From contig JAZNUB010000069.1 of assembly GCA_045592105.1 (NCBI GenBank), positions 28,141-92,140 of the forward strand: a stretch of DNA of 64,000 nt, written 5' to 3'. This DNA comes from Eubacteriales bacterium (GTDB lineage: Bacteria > Bacillota > Clostridia > Oscillospirales > CAG-382). The position numbers and the translations under genes were made by a program. The notes under the pieces were generated by a model, which was given only the letters and a program-made list of their open reading frames with translations, was not told the DNA's origin and did not search any database. Shown here in pieces: positions 44,845-53,338 of the stretch (within the stretch, counting starts at the first letter, position 1; the number at the start of each line of letters is the position of its first letter).

Positions 44845-46608
44845 ATGTTTAAATGGTTTAAATATGTTAAGCCCTATATGTGGAGCTTTATTTTAGGCCC
44901 GCTTTGTATGATAGTTGAAGTTTTGGGTGAGGTGGTTTTGCCTAAAATGCTTGGCTCTATCATCAATTCGGGTGTTGGCACCGAGATAACGGCGGGTAAC
45001 GGCGTTACCTACATATTAACTATGGCGGGTTTGATGATACTTACAGCAGTTTTAATGCTGTTAGGCGGTGTTGGCGGGGCGTATTTTGGCGCAAAAGGCT
45101 CTGTTGGCTTTGCTTCTGATTTGCGTATGGATGCATACACAAAAATTCAAAGCTTTTCGTTTGCCAATATAGATAAATTCCGTACTGGCTCCCTTATTAC
45201 AAGGCTTACAAACGATATAACACAGCTACAAAGCTTCGTTAATATGCTGCTTCGTATGTTTTTGCGAACTCCCGGTATGCTTATCGGCGCGATAATTATG
45301 GCTATAATTATCAATCCCGGTCTTGCAAAAACTTTGTTGTTTGTTTTGCCGATTATTTTTGTTTTAATCCTTTTTGTTGTGTTCTTTGGCTTTCCGCGCT
45401 TTTCTAAAATGCAGATTAAGATAGACGCTCTTAATACAACGGTTCAAGAAAACCTAACGAACGTGCGTGTTGTTAAATCCTTTGTTAGCGAGGATAGGGA
45501 AAACCAAAAGTTCAATATAGCAAGCGGCGATTTAAAAAATGCAGGTCTGTCCGCAATGAACGTTATGATACTGATACAACCGTTGATGATGCTTGTTATG
45601 AACGGTACAATACTGACCGTTCTGTGGCTTGGCGGTAATCAGGTTGCCGATTACATTGGCGGCAAAACGGGTATGGAACCCGGTGACCTTTCCGCGTTTT
45701 TAACCTATGTAAATCAGATACTTATGTCCTTGATGATGGTAACGATGCTGTTTATACAAACGTCCCGCGCAATCGCTTCGGGCAAACGCGTTGCCGCCGT
45801 GCTTAACGAAAAGCCTGATATAAGCGATTATTTAGCTACGGAAAAGGACAAAAAGATAACGGAAGGCGAAATACGCTTTGAAAACGTTTCCTTCAGATAT
45901 TACAAAAACAGCGTTGATAAGGTGCTGGAGGATATAAACCTAACCATTAAAGCGGGCTCCACTGTTGGTATTATCGGCTCAACGGGCTGCGGTAAAACCA
46001 CGCTTGTTTCGCTTATACCTCGTTTGTACGATGCAGACGAAGGTGCTGTTTACGTTGACGGCGTTAACGTAAAGGATTACAGCCTAACAAACCTGCGTGA
46101 CGGTATAGGTATGGTTTTGCAAAAAAACGTGTTGTTTTCGGGTAGTGTTGAAGATAATTTGCGATGGGGTAATGGTGATGCAACCGATGAAGAGATGCGC
46201 CAAGCAGCCATCTGCGCGCAGGCGGATGGCTTTGTTTCGGAGATGGATGGTGGCTACAGCGCAGATATCGTGCAAGGCGGAAAGAACGTTTCGGGCGGAC
46301 AAAAGCAAAGGCTGTGCATTGCGCGTGCAATGCTTAAAAAGCCTAAAATATTGATCCTTGACGATAGCACCAGCGCAGTTGATACCGCAACCGAAGCGCA
46401 GATAAGGCAATCTTTTCGTAACGATTTGAAAAACTCTACAAAAATAATAATCGCACAAAGAATAAGCTCTGTAATAGATGCAGATGCGATTATCGTTATG
46501 AACGATGGCAAAATCACAGGCGTTGGAACGCATCAGGAGCTGATAAAAACCAACGATGAATACAAAGAAATATACTATTCACAAATTGATACAAAGGAGG
46601 CCAACTAA
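44845..46608 (+). CDS. ABC exporter, fused permease/ATPase (heterodimer subunit 1)
   Basis: Six-TM exporter domain, Walker A GSTGCGKTT, signature VSGGQKQRL, Walker B ILILDDSTSAVD. Confidence 0.9.
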   Translation: MFKWFKYVKPYMWSFILGPLCMIVEVLGEVVLPKMLGSIINSGVGTEITAGNGVTYILTMAGLMILTAVLMLLGGVGGAYFGAKGSVGFASDLRMDAYTKIQSFSFANIDKFRTGSLITRLTNDITQLQSFVNMLLRMFLRTPGMLIGAIIMAIIINPGLAKTLLFVLPIIFVLILFVVFFGFPRFSKMQIKIDALNTTVQENLTNVRVVKSFVSEDRENQKFNIASGDLKNAGLSAMNVMILIQPLMMLVMNGTILTVLWLGGNQVADYIGGKTGMEPGDLSAFLTYVNQILMSLMMVTMLFIQTSRAIASGKRVAAVLNEKPDISDYLATEKDKKITEGEIRFENVSFRYYKNSVDKVLEDINLTIKAGSTVGIIGSTGCGKTTLVSLIPRLYDADEGAVYVDGVNVKDYSLTNLRDGIGMVLQKNVLFSGSVEDNLRWGNGDATDEEMRQAAICAQADGFVSEMDGGYSADIVQGGKNVSGGQKQRLCIARAMLKKPKILILDDSTSAVDTATEAQIRQSFRNDLKNSTKIIIAQRISSVIDADAIIVMNDGKITGVGTHQELIKTNDEYKEIYYSQIDTKEAN

Positions 46609-48873
46609 ATGATACGTTCACTTGAAGAACTGCAAAAACGTTACAGCTACGGCGGCAGCGGAAAAAGCGGAAACGTTGGCCCGGGCAGAGGCGGCCCAGG
46701 AAGGGGAGGCCCCGGCAGAAGGCGCCCGCCGGAGGAAAAGCAAAAGACCTCCAAAGGTGCGATTTTGCGCCTGTTAAGCTATCTTTCGGCATATAAATAC
46801 AAATTTGTGGTTGTGTTCTTTTGTTTGATGCTAAGCACTACCTCAGGCCTTTTGGCTTCTTATATGCTTTCACCAATATTGGATAAGGTGGCAGAAGAAA
46901 ACCCGCCCGTTGTGCAGTATGCCAATGGGAAGCTAAGCGTTAGCTCTACCGTCTTAATGAAGGACGTGAGTTTATATGTAGAAGGAGCAACAGAAAAGCT
47001 AAACGCTTTAGAAATCAAAAAGGACGAAACCTATACAGAAACGGTTGATTTTGGCACAAATAAAAAATATATACTTGAGTATACAAACGCTTCGGGAAAT
47101 AAAAAGGTTTATTCCATTGAAAAAGTCGTTGACGATGATGCTTGCACTATAACCGACCAAAGCAAAAAGGGCAGTGACTTTGGCGATAAGGTGATAACGA
47201 AAGCTGTAAGCATTATGAAGCCTGTAACTGAGGGTGTTCTTGGTGTAAACGCTTCTTCAAAGATTGTGTACCTATTAACAGGCATAATTATGCTTGCCGT
47301 GCTGTATATCGTGTCTATTATCTGTACCTATATCCAAAGTAAATTGCTAATAGGCATATCGCAAAGCGCAGTTCAGCGCATACGCAACCAACTGTTTGCA
47401 AAGGTGCAAACTCTGCCTTTAAGCTTTCACGATAGTACCACAACGGGCGAAACTATGAGCCGTTTTACCAACGACGTGGATAATATAGGCGTTATGTTTG
47501 ACTCTACTGCTGTCAGCCTTGTGTCCGGCGTTGTAACCTTGGTTGGTACACTATGCCTGATGCTTTATATAAACCCCTTGCTTACGCTAATAACGATAAT
47601 TTTTATTCCTATATTTGCTTTCGGCGGTGGCAAGCTTGCCCAAAACAGTAGCAAATATTATAAGGCACAGCAGGCGGCTTTAGGGTCCGTAAACGGCTAT
47701 ATAGAGGAGTTTGTTGCAGGGCAGAAGGTTGTTAAGGTGTTTAACCACGAGGACGAATGTATAGAGGAGTTTCGCCTTCTTAATAACGAACTTAAAGAAA
47801 AACAAACAAAAGCTATGTTTTTCGGCGGCATAATGGGGCCCGTTATGGGTAACATCAGCAAGCTTAGCTACGCGATAACCGCAGGTGTTGGCGGCATTTT
47901 GTGCTTCCTTACCTTAACTGGTGATATCGCTTCCTCAAGCTTTATGGCGCTTACCATAGGCGGTTTAACGGTTTTTGTTCAGTATGCAAACCAATTTGCA
48001 AGGCCCATAAACGAGATTTCAATGCAGATGACCAATATCTTTTCCGCACTTGCGGGTGCTGAAAGAGTGTTTAAGGTTTTAGATTTGCCGTCCGAAACCG
48101 CAGATGCAGAAAACGCAACAGATATGCAACCCGAAGGTATAAAAGGCCACGTTGTATTAAAAGACGTAACTTTTGGGTACGTACCCGAAAAAACGGTGCT
48201 TAAAAACATATCGTTGTACGCAAAGCCGGGGCAGAAGATTGCGTTTGTTGGCTCAACAGGAGCAGGCAAAACCACGATAACTAATTTGCTTAACCGTTTT
48301 TACGATATCCAAAGTGGCACTATCACAATAGATGGTGTTGATATTATGGATATAAAACGCTCTGTTTTGCGTAAGAATATAGCCATGGTATTACAGGATA
48401 CACACCTGTTCACAGCAACGGTGCGGGAGAATATACGCTACGGCAGACCTGATGCAACCGATGAAGAAGTAAAAAAAGCGGCAAAAACCGCTTTTGCACA
48501 CAGCTTTATTATGAGGCTTGAAAACGGATATGACACTATGATAGAGGGTGACGGTGCAAACCTGTCTCAAGGTCAACGCCAGCTATTAAATATTGCGCGT
48601 GCGGCATTAAGTAAAGCACCGATACTTGTGTTGGATGAAGCAACAAGCTCTGTTGATACAAGAACCGAAAGGCACATAGAAAAGGGTATGGATGCTATTA
48701 TGGAGGACAGAACGACCTTCGTTATTGCACATAGGCTGTCTACGGTACGAAACGCAAACGCAATAATGGTGCTTGAAAAGGGCGAGATTATTGAAAGGGG
48801 CGACCACGACGAGCTTTTAACTATGGGTGGAAGGTATTACGAGCTGTATACAGGCTTAAAGGAGCTTGATTAA
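46609..48873 (+). CDS. ABC exporter, fused permease/ATPase (heterodimer subunit 2) with Gly/Pro/Arg-rich N-terminus and enlarged first extracytoplasmic loop
   Basis: ATG abuts the upstream stop. N-terminal GGSGKSGNVGPGRGGPGRGGPGRRRPPEEK. About 125 aa lie between TM1 and TM2 (nt 46888-47262). Walker A GSTGAGKTT, signature LSQGQRQLL, Walker B ILVLDEATSSVD. Confidence 0.9.
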   Translation: MIRSLEELQKRYSYGGSGKSGNVGPGRGGPGRGGPGRRRPPEEKQKTSKGAILRLLSYLSAYKYKFVVVFFCLMLSTTSGLLASYMLSPILDKVAEENPPVVQYANGKLSVSSTVLMKDVSLYVEGATEKLNALEIKKDETYTETVDFGTNKKYILEYTNASGNKKVYSIEKVVDDDACTITDQSKKGSDFGDKVITKAVSIMKPVTEGVLGVNASSKIVYLLTGIIMLAVLYIVSIICTYIQSKLLIGISQSAVQRIRNQLFAKVQTLPLSFHDSTTTGETMSRFTNDVDNIGVMFDSTAVSLVSGVVTLVGTLCLMLYINPLLTLITIIFIPIFAFGGGKLAQNSSKYYKAQQAALGSVNGYIEEFVAGQKVVKVFNHEDECIEEFRLLNNELKEKQTKAMFFGGIMGPVMGNISKLSYAITAGVGGILCFLTLTGDIASSSFMALTIGGLTVFVQYANQFARPINEISMQMTNIFSALAGAERVFKVLDLPSETADAENATDMQPEGIKGHVVLKDVTFGYVPEKTVLKNISLYAKPGQKIAFVGSTGAGKTTITNLLNRFYDIQSGTITIDGVDIMDIKRSVLRKNIAMVLQDTHLFTATVRENIRYGRPDATDEEVKKAAKTAFAHSFIMRLENGYDTMIEGDGANLSQGQRQLLNIARAALSKAPILVLDEATSSVDTRTERHIEKGMDAIMEDRTTFVIAHRLSTVRNANAIMVLEKGEIIERGDHDELLTMGGRYYELYTGLKELD

Positions 48874-48895
48874 GTTGTAGCATTATAAAAAGTTA

Positions 48896-48940
48896 CCTCC
48901 TATGGTAGAACGTAAGCAACTACCATAGGAGGATTTTGTT
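48896..48940. terminator. Bidirectional rho-independent terminator
   Basis: CCTCCTATGGTAG / CTACCATAGGAGG 13-bp stem, AAAAA before and ATTTTGTT after. Confidence 0.8.
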
Positions 48941-48951
48941 GGGGTTGGCCG

Positions 48952-49317
48952 TTATGTTGTTTCAAGAAACTTTTTTATTGCAGTAATCGTTTCGTCGCTA
49001 ACAACGTGCTCTATTTTGCACGCATCCTTCGCGGCTATTTCATCGTTCACGCCGATAAAAGCCAAAAACTGTGATAAAACCGTGTGCCGTTCAAAAATCT
49101 TTTTGGCAGAGCTACGCCCCATCTCCGTTAAGGAGAGATATCCGCCCTCAGCCATAGTTAAATACCCGCCTTTTTTTAGCAGGCTAACTGCGCGGCTAAC
49201 GCTGGGCTTGGAATACCCCATATGTTCCGCCACATCAATGCTTCGTACAAAGCCTGTTTTTTGCGAGAGCACATATATAGTTTCAAGATACATCTCTGCA
49301 GATTCGTGTAAAAACAT
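48952..49317 (-). CDS. DtxR/MntR-family metal-dependent transcriptional repressor (short form, 121 aa)
   Basis: ESAEMYLETIY.L......VRSIDVAE..G.SKPSVSRAV..L...GY, an N-terminal wHTH plus dimerisation helix. It is divergent from feoA. Confidence 0.8.
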   Translation of the reverse strand: MFLHESAEMYLETIYVLSQKTGFVRSIDVAEHMGYSKPSVSRAVSLLKKGGYLTMAEGGYLSLTEMGRSSAKKIFERHTVLSQFLAFIGVNDEIAAKDACKIEHVVSDETITAIKKFLETT

Positions 49318-49399
49318 TAGTATTCCCCCTTGTTTTCTTTAATTTATTGTAACATATAAATAAAAAGATTGCAATAGCAATATTTTTTGAAAAAAAGCA

Positions 49400-49428
49400 T
49401 TGACAATTTTTTGGCTTTGTGATAATAT
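49400..49428 (+). promoter_or_regulatory. Sigma-A type promoter (TTGACA-17-TAATAT) of feoA
   Basis: TTGACA 49400-49405, 17-nt spacer ending TG, TAATAT 49423-49428. Confidence 0.6.
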
Positions 49429-49436
49429 ACACACAG

Positions 49437-49483
49437 TTAACAATGGCTAATTTGCTTTTTGGCTAATAGTTAGTTTGCGCTAA
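49437..49483. promoter_or_regulatory. Two TTA(R)(Y)-N4-GCTAA inverted-repeat boxes (candidate DtxR-family operators)
   Basis: TTAACAATGGCTAA (49437-49450) and TTAGTTTGCGCTAA (49470-49483) lie just downstream of the feoA -10. They resemble half of the TTAGG..A.GCTAACCTAA-type iron box. Confidence 0.45.
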
Positions 49484-49507
49484 CCAATCTGTTTTGGAGT
49501 AGTTATT

Positions 49508-49720
49508 ATGACCTTGAATAGTGCAGAGGAAGGCAAGGAATACATAATAAAGCGTATAGAAACCGATGATGAGGAGCTGGATGCTTTCTTGTTTTCTCTC
49601 GGATGTTATAGTGGGGAACCTATAACCGTTGTTTCCCGTAGAAAAAGTAGTTGTTTCGTTTCTATAAAAGACGGTAGGTATAATATTGATAATCAGCTTG
49701 CAGAGGCTATTATAATTTAA
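49508..49720 (+). CDS. feoA: FeoA family protein
   Basis: 70-aa SH3-like protein with G....I.....D....FL.SLG...G..I.V motifs, directly upstream of feoB. Confidence 0.85.
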   Translation: MTLNSAEEGKEYIIKRIETDDEELDAFLFSLGCYSGEPITVVSRRKSSCFVSIKDGRYNIDNQLAEAIII

Positions 49721-49756
49721 TTAGGGCAATATGCTCTAATTTATTTTGCAAAACAG

Positions 49757-49770
49757 TTAGCAATGGCTAA
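49757..49770. promoter_or_regulatory. Third, perfect TTAGC-N4-GCTAA box between feoA and feoB
   Basis: CAGTTAGCAATGGCTAA repeats the 49434-49450 sequence with one substitution, which makes the palindrome perfect. Confidence 0.4.
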
Positions 49771-49806
49771 CCGAGGATATAAAAATTTATTTGGAGGCGA
49801 TTTATT

Positions 49807-51795
49807 ATGCGGATTGCATTAACGGGTAATCCAAACAGCGGAAAAACTACTATGTATAACGCTTTAACCGGTAGCAACGAAAAGGTTGGTAACTGGGCAG
49901 GCGTTACGGTTGATAAGAAGGAGCACTCTATAAAAAGCAAATACTACAAAGGCAATGAGCCACTGATAGCTGTTGACCTTCCGGGTGCTTATTCAATGTC
50001 GCCTTATACCTCCGAGGAAAGCATTACAAGTGACTATGTTAAGAACCAAAAGCCCGATGTTATCATCAATATAGTTGATGCAACCAATCTAAGCCGTAGC
50101 TTGTTTTTCACAACACAGTTGTTAGAGCTGGGCATACCAATGGTTGTAGCATTAAACAAGGCGGATATAAACAAGAAAAAGCATAATTTCATTGATAGCA
50201 AAGAGCTTTCCAAAAAGCTTGGTTGTTTGGTTGTTGATACCGTTTCAACTTCTAAGAGGGGGCTAAAAGAGCTTGTTGCGGCGGCAATTGCTCAGGCGGG
50301 TAAACAGCAAAAAGCACCTTACGTTCAAAACGATATTGATTTAAGTGATAAAAACGCAGTTGAACAAGCGGACAGAAAGCGTTTCGAGTTTGTTAATGCC
50401 ATAGTTTCCGAGGTTGAGAAGCGGGAGGTGTTAACTAAGTCGCAAAACTTTAGTGATAAGCTTGATAAGGTTTTAACCAATAAGTGGCTTGGGATACCTA
50501 TATTTGTTATAGTTATTTTCGCCATGTTTTGGATATCGCAGGCAGGCCCCGGTATATGGATATCTGATAGCCTCGTATATGTGCTTGAGATTGGGCAGGA
50601 ATGGGTAAGAGGTTTGCTTGAAAATGCAAGTCCGTTGCTTACGGCTTTGCTTGTTGATGGCGTTATCGGCGGCGTAATTGCAGTTGTTGGGTTCCTACCG
50701 CTGGTAATGGTTATGTATTTCCTTTTGGCTTTGCTTGAGGATTGCGGATATATGGCTCGTGTTTCCGTTGTGCTGGATCCTATCTTTAAAAAAGTTGGGC
50801 TTTCGGGTAAATCGGTTATACCTTTTGTCATTGCAACAGGCTGTGCGATCCCCGGTGTTATGGCTTGCCGTACAATTCGTAACGAGCGCGAACGCAGAGC
50901 AACCGCTATGCTTGCTCCGTTTATGCCTTGCGGCGCAAAGCTTCCTGTTATTTCCTTGTTTGCAGGCGCTTTCTTTGGTAATGCCTCTTGGGTTGGCGCA
51001 ACAATGTATTTGGCGGGTATCGTTATAATTTTTGTAGGCGCATTAATCGTTAATAAAATTACGGGAAATAAGGCTAAAAAATCGTATTTCATTATAGAGC
51101 TGCCTGAATATAAGCTTCCTTCTTTTTGGGGTGCTTTTAAATCAATGTGCAGCCGTGGTTGGGCGTACATAGTTAAAGCCGCTACTATAATTCTTGTATG
51201 TAATACAGCGGTTCAGATTATGCAAACCTTTACTTGGAGCTTTAAGGTTGCGGAAACGGCAGATGCCTCTATCCTTGCCTCTATTGCAGGTCCGTTTGCT
51301 TATTTGCTTATACCTGTTGTTGGCGTTTTGTCGTGGCAGCTTGCCGCCGCCGCAATTACAGGCTTTATTGCAAAAGAAAACGTTGTTGGTACATTGGCTG
51401 TTTGCTTTGTTGGGCTTGAAAACCTTATTGATACCGAGGAGCTTGCGCTTATGGAAGGCGCAGGGGAAGAGGTTGCGGCTGTATTTGCAATAACAAAGGT
51501 TGCGGCACTTGCATACCTTGTATTTAACCTCTTCACACCGCCGTGCTTTGCCGCCATCGGTGCTATGAATGCAGAGATGAAAAGCGCAAAATGGCTTTGG
51601 GGCGGTATAGGTTTACAGCTTGGCGTGGGTTTCACGGTTGGATATTTGGTATATCAAATCGGCACTCTTATTACAACGGGCGCTTTGGGTGCAGGCTTTA
51701 TCCCCGGATTAGTTGCAGTTGTAATATTCATCGGCGTTCTTTGCTATATGGGGATTAGCTCCTCCAAAGCGGTAAAGGCTGAGGTAGCTAAATAA
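49807..51795 (+). CDS. feoB: Ferrous iron transport protein B
   Basis: N-terminal G-domain IALTGNPNSGKTT, DLPG.YS, NK.D, followed by a polytopic membrane domain with gate motifs. Confidence 0.93.
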   Translation: MRIALTGNPNSGKTTMYNALTGSNEKVGNWAGVTVDKKEHSIKSKYYKGNEPLIAVDLPGAYSMSPYTSEESITSDYVKNQKPDVIINIVDATNLSRSLFFTTQLLELGIPMVVALNKADINKKKHNFIDSKELSKKLGCLVVDTVSTSKRGLKELVAAAIAQAGKQQKAPYVQNDIDLSDKNAVEQADRKRFEFVNAIVSEVEKREVLTKSQNFSDKLDKVLTNKWLGIPIFVIVIFAMFWISQAGPGIWISDSLVYVLEIGQEWVRGLLENASPLLTALLVDGVIGGVIAVVGFLPLVMVMYFLLALLEDCGYMARVSVVLDPIFKKVGLSGKSVIPFVIATGCAIPGVMACRTIRNERERRATAMLAPFMPCGAKLPVISLFAGAFFGNASWVGATMYLAGIVIIFVGALIVNKITGNKAKKSYFIIELPEYKLPSFWGAFKSMCSRGWAYIVKAATIILVCNTAVQIMQTFTWSFKVAETADASILASIAGPFAYLLIPVVGVLSWQLAAAAITGFIAKENVVGTLAVCFVGLENLIDTEELALMEGAGEEVAAVFAITKVAALAYLVFNLFTPPCFAAIGAMNAEMKSAKWLWGGIGLQLGVGFTVGYLVYQIGTLITTGALGAGFIPGLVAVVIFIGVLCYMGISSSKAVKAEVAK

Positions 51796-51831
51796 TCCAT
51801 TGTTTAATATTTAACTTTTCGTGGTGATTAT

Positions 51832-52002
51832 ATGGAAAATTATATTATTATTGCAGTTGTCGCTGTAATTGTAACCTTGGCAGTGTTTTATATTTACAAG
51901 GCTAAAAAAAGCGGCAAAAAGTGTATAGGGTGCCCAAGCGCGGGCACTTGTAACAGCAAAACCTGCGGAGGCAATTGCTCAAACTGTAAAAAGCATAGCT
52001 AA
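51832..52002 (+). CDS. FeoB-associated Cys-rich membrane protein (56 aa; absent from the ORF track)
   Basis: Hand translation: MENYIIIAVVAVIVTLAVFYIYKAKKSGKKCIGCPSAGTCNSKTCGGNCSNCKKHS. It has one TM helix plus a tail with six Cys, a GGTGA RBS, starts 37 nt after feoB and is followed by a terminator. Confidence 0.7.
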   Translation: MENYIIIAVVAVIVTLAVFYIYKAKKSGKKCIGCPSAGTCNSKTCGGNCSNCKKHS

Positions 52003-52005
52003 AAT

Positions 52006-52037
52006 AAAAAGCGTTGGCGATGAACCAACGCTTTTTT
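52006..52037. terminator. Bidirectional rho-independent terminator
   Basis: AAAAAGCGTTGG / CCAACGCTTTTTT. Confidence 0.8.
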
Positions 52038-52051
52038 GTGCTAATTGTTGA

Positions 52052-52834
52052 TTATACTTTTGATAGTGCTTTCGATTTCTTTTGTATGGCTGTGTATGCA
52101 AAAGTAAACAGCAAAATATAAACCACAAACAAAAGAACAACCGTTAAGGGATAAAGTACGGGGTTGCCGTTCACTAATTTATACACTATATCGTAAGGCG
52201 TTCCGTCGCCCCTCATTAAAAACATATAATTGCAGGAGAAAAACACATTGGCAATATAAGCCGCAACACAGAACGAAAGCAGTATAGCAAACGATATAGG
52301 CAGGTTTTTCTTTTTCATGGTTGCCATCTTCGCAATAAGGACGTAAAGAGAAGCAAAGCCTATTGTAGAATGCGTAATTGCGGAAACAACATTTTCAAGC
52401 GACAGCACGGGGTATGAGTTAAAATTGTTGCCTGCACAGTATGTTCCAAGTAAACCGCCAATCAATCCAAAAACGGCAATAAAGTCCAAACAAGCTTCTT
52501 TGATTCTGCCCTTTGATACGGCGGCAATCGGTATGGTGATCATCTGAATACTGCATAAAAACAGGGGAAGGCAGTTTACCCAGTGCAAGGGATTACTTTC
52601 CCTAAAGCATAGAAAAACTATTTTGCAAATTTCAATCCCATCAAGCACAAATGCCGTATAAAGCAAAACGCGGCATTTTTCTTTAAGGGTTTTGTTTTTA
52701 TTCCTTTTGCCTAAAACAATAGCAAGTGCTATCATTGCAACTGCGAAGATAGAAACAAATAAAATATGTTGCCAAGAAAGAAACCCCTCGGCGGTACGCT
52801 TGTATCCGCCAATACCTAAAAATTCTTTCATCAA
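52052..52834 (-). CDS. Integral membrane protein, YwaF/TMEM164-like (TIGR02206-type), tentative
   Basis: Seven or eight predicted TM helices. The LPLFLCSI motif resembles the LPLHLC(D/S) motif of the YwaF family. Confidence 0.5.
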   Translation of the reverse strand: MMKEFLGIGGYKRTAEGFLSWQHILFVSIFAVAMIALAIVLGKRNKNKTLKEKCRVLLYTAFVLDGIEICKIVFLCFRESNPLHWVNCLPLFLCSIQMITIPIAAVSKGRIKEACLDFIAVFGLIGGLLGTYCAGNNFNSYPVLSLENVVSAITHSTIGFASLYVLIAKMATMKKKNLPISFAILLSFCVAAYIANVFFSCNYMFLMRGDGTPYDIVYKLVNGNPVLYPLTVVLLFVVYILLFTFAYTAIQKKSKALSKV

Positions 52835-52979
52835 ATATATCTCCTATTCCAACGCTTGATATATAAGTGTTGATTGCTTTCAGTATATACTAATGTCGAA
52901 CAATTGTCAAGTTTGTATGTTGATGAGATTATTTGGGAATTGTGTTGCTAAGAATGCTAAATTTAATGCCGTAAAACCA

Positions 52980-53008
52980 TTGACAAAAACTAAACTATGT
53001 AGTATAAT
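52980..53008 (+). promoter_or_regulatory. Sigma-A type promoter (TTGACA-17-TATAAT) of the tRNA-Pro locus
   Basis: Perfect consensus hexamers with a 17-nt spacer. The predicted TSS is about 40 nt before the first (truncated) tRNA copy. Confidence 0.7.
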
Positions 53009-53035
53009 ACTTTAGCTAAAGAAAATTTATCCATC

Positions 53036-53076
53036 AAATATATTAATTACTATCGGGGTGTGGCTCAGTTTGGTAG
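53036..53076 (+). repeat. Direct repeat copy 1 (41 nt): 18-nt leader + first 23 nt of tRNA-Pro
   Basis: AAATATATTAATTACTATCGGGGTGTGGCTCAGTTTGGTAG is identical to 53233-53273 (offset 197 nt). Confidence 0.95.
53054..53076 (+). pseudogene. Truncated tRNA-Pro 5' fragment (acceptor 5' strand, D-stem 5' strand, D-loop)
   Basis: Identity with the intact gene stops after GGTAG. No anticodon arm or T-arm follows. Confidence 0.8.
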
Positions 53077-53215
53077 GCGAGCACAGCCGCGCCGCCGGGG
53101 GCGGATGAAGCGGCTGATGCGAGGGCGAAGCACCGCCGTTAAATAAGCATTAACTAAGGCGTAGCATCATCGGTGCGAGCGTAAGCGTAGCGCTCTACAT
53201 AAGAATGCTTTTCTT
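53077..53215 (+). other. GC-rich insert between the repeat copies (possible structured RNA or foreign DNA remnant)
   Basis: The first 64 nt are 48/64 G+C by hand count, in an AT-rich spacer. It has nested hairpins CAGCCGC[..CCGCC-GGG-GGCGG..]GCGGCTG (53084-53116) and an outer stem AAGCATT (53145-53151) / AATGCTT (53204-53210). AGCGCTCTAC (53189-53198) is the reverse complement of tRNA positions GTAGAGCGCT (53270-53279). Confidence 0.5.
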
Positions 53216-53250
53216 GGCAAATATAACTATTTAAATATATTAATTACTAT

Positions 53251-53327
53251 CGGGGTGTGGCTCAGTTTGGTAGAGCGCTTGGTTCGGGACCAAGAGGCCG
53301 TGGGTTCGAATCCCGCCACTCCGACCA
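53251..53327 (+). tRNA. tRNA-Pro (anticodon CGG), CCA encoded
   Basis: Hand-folded cloverleaf: acceptor CGGGGTG/CACTCCG, D-arm GCTC/GAGC, anticodon arm CTTGG-TTCGGGA-CCAAG, T-arm GTGGG-TTCGAAT-CCCGC, then discriminator A + CCA. Confidence 0.9.
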
Positions 53328-53338
53328 AAGGCAACAAT

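Noticed and set aside
46660-46740. GC-rich imperfect tandem repeat (GGCCCGGGCAGAGGCGGCCCAGGAAGGGGAGGCCCCGGCAGAAGG) as a non-coding repeat element
   Set aside because: It lies in-frame at the 5' end of the ABC exporter gene and encodes the GPGRGGPGRGGPGRR low-complexity tail. It is reported as part of that gene instead.
50325-51170. 281-aa minus-strand ORF inside feoB
   Set aside because: It is antisense to an unambiguous feoB. Its Pro/Ser/Thr/Ile-rich sequence is a reverse-frame artefact of a hydrophobic membrane domain.
53054-53130. First CGGGGTG... copy as a second functional tRNA (or a tRNA with an intron)
   Set aside because: Only the first 23 nt match. I could fold no anticodon arm, no GTTCGAAT T-loop and no 3' acceptor strand. 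The duplicated segment also includes 18 nt of upstream leader, which an intron model does not explain.
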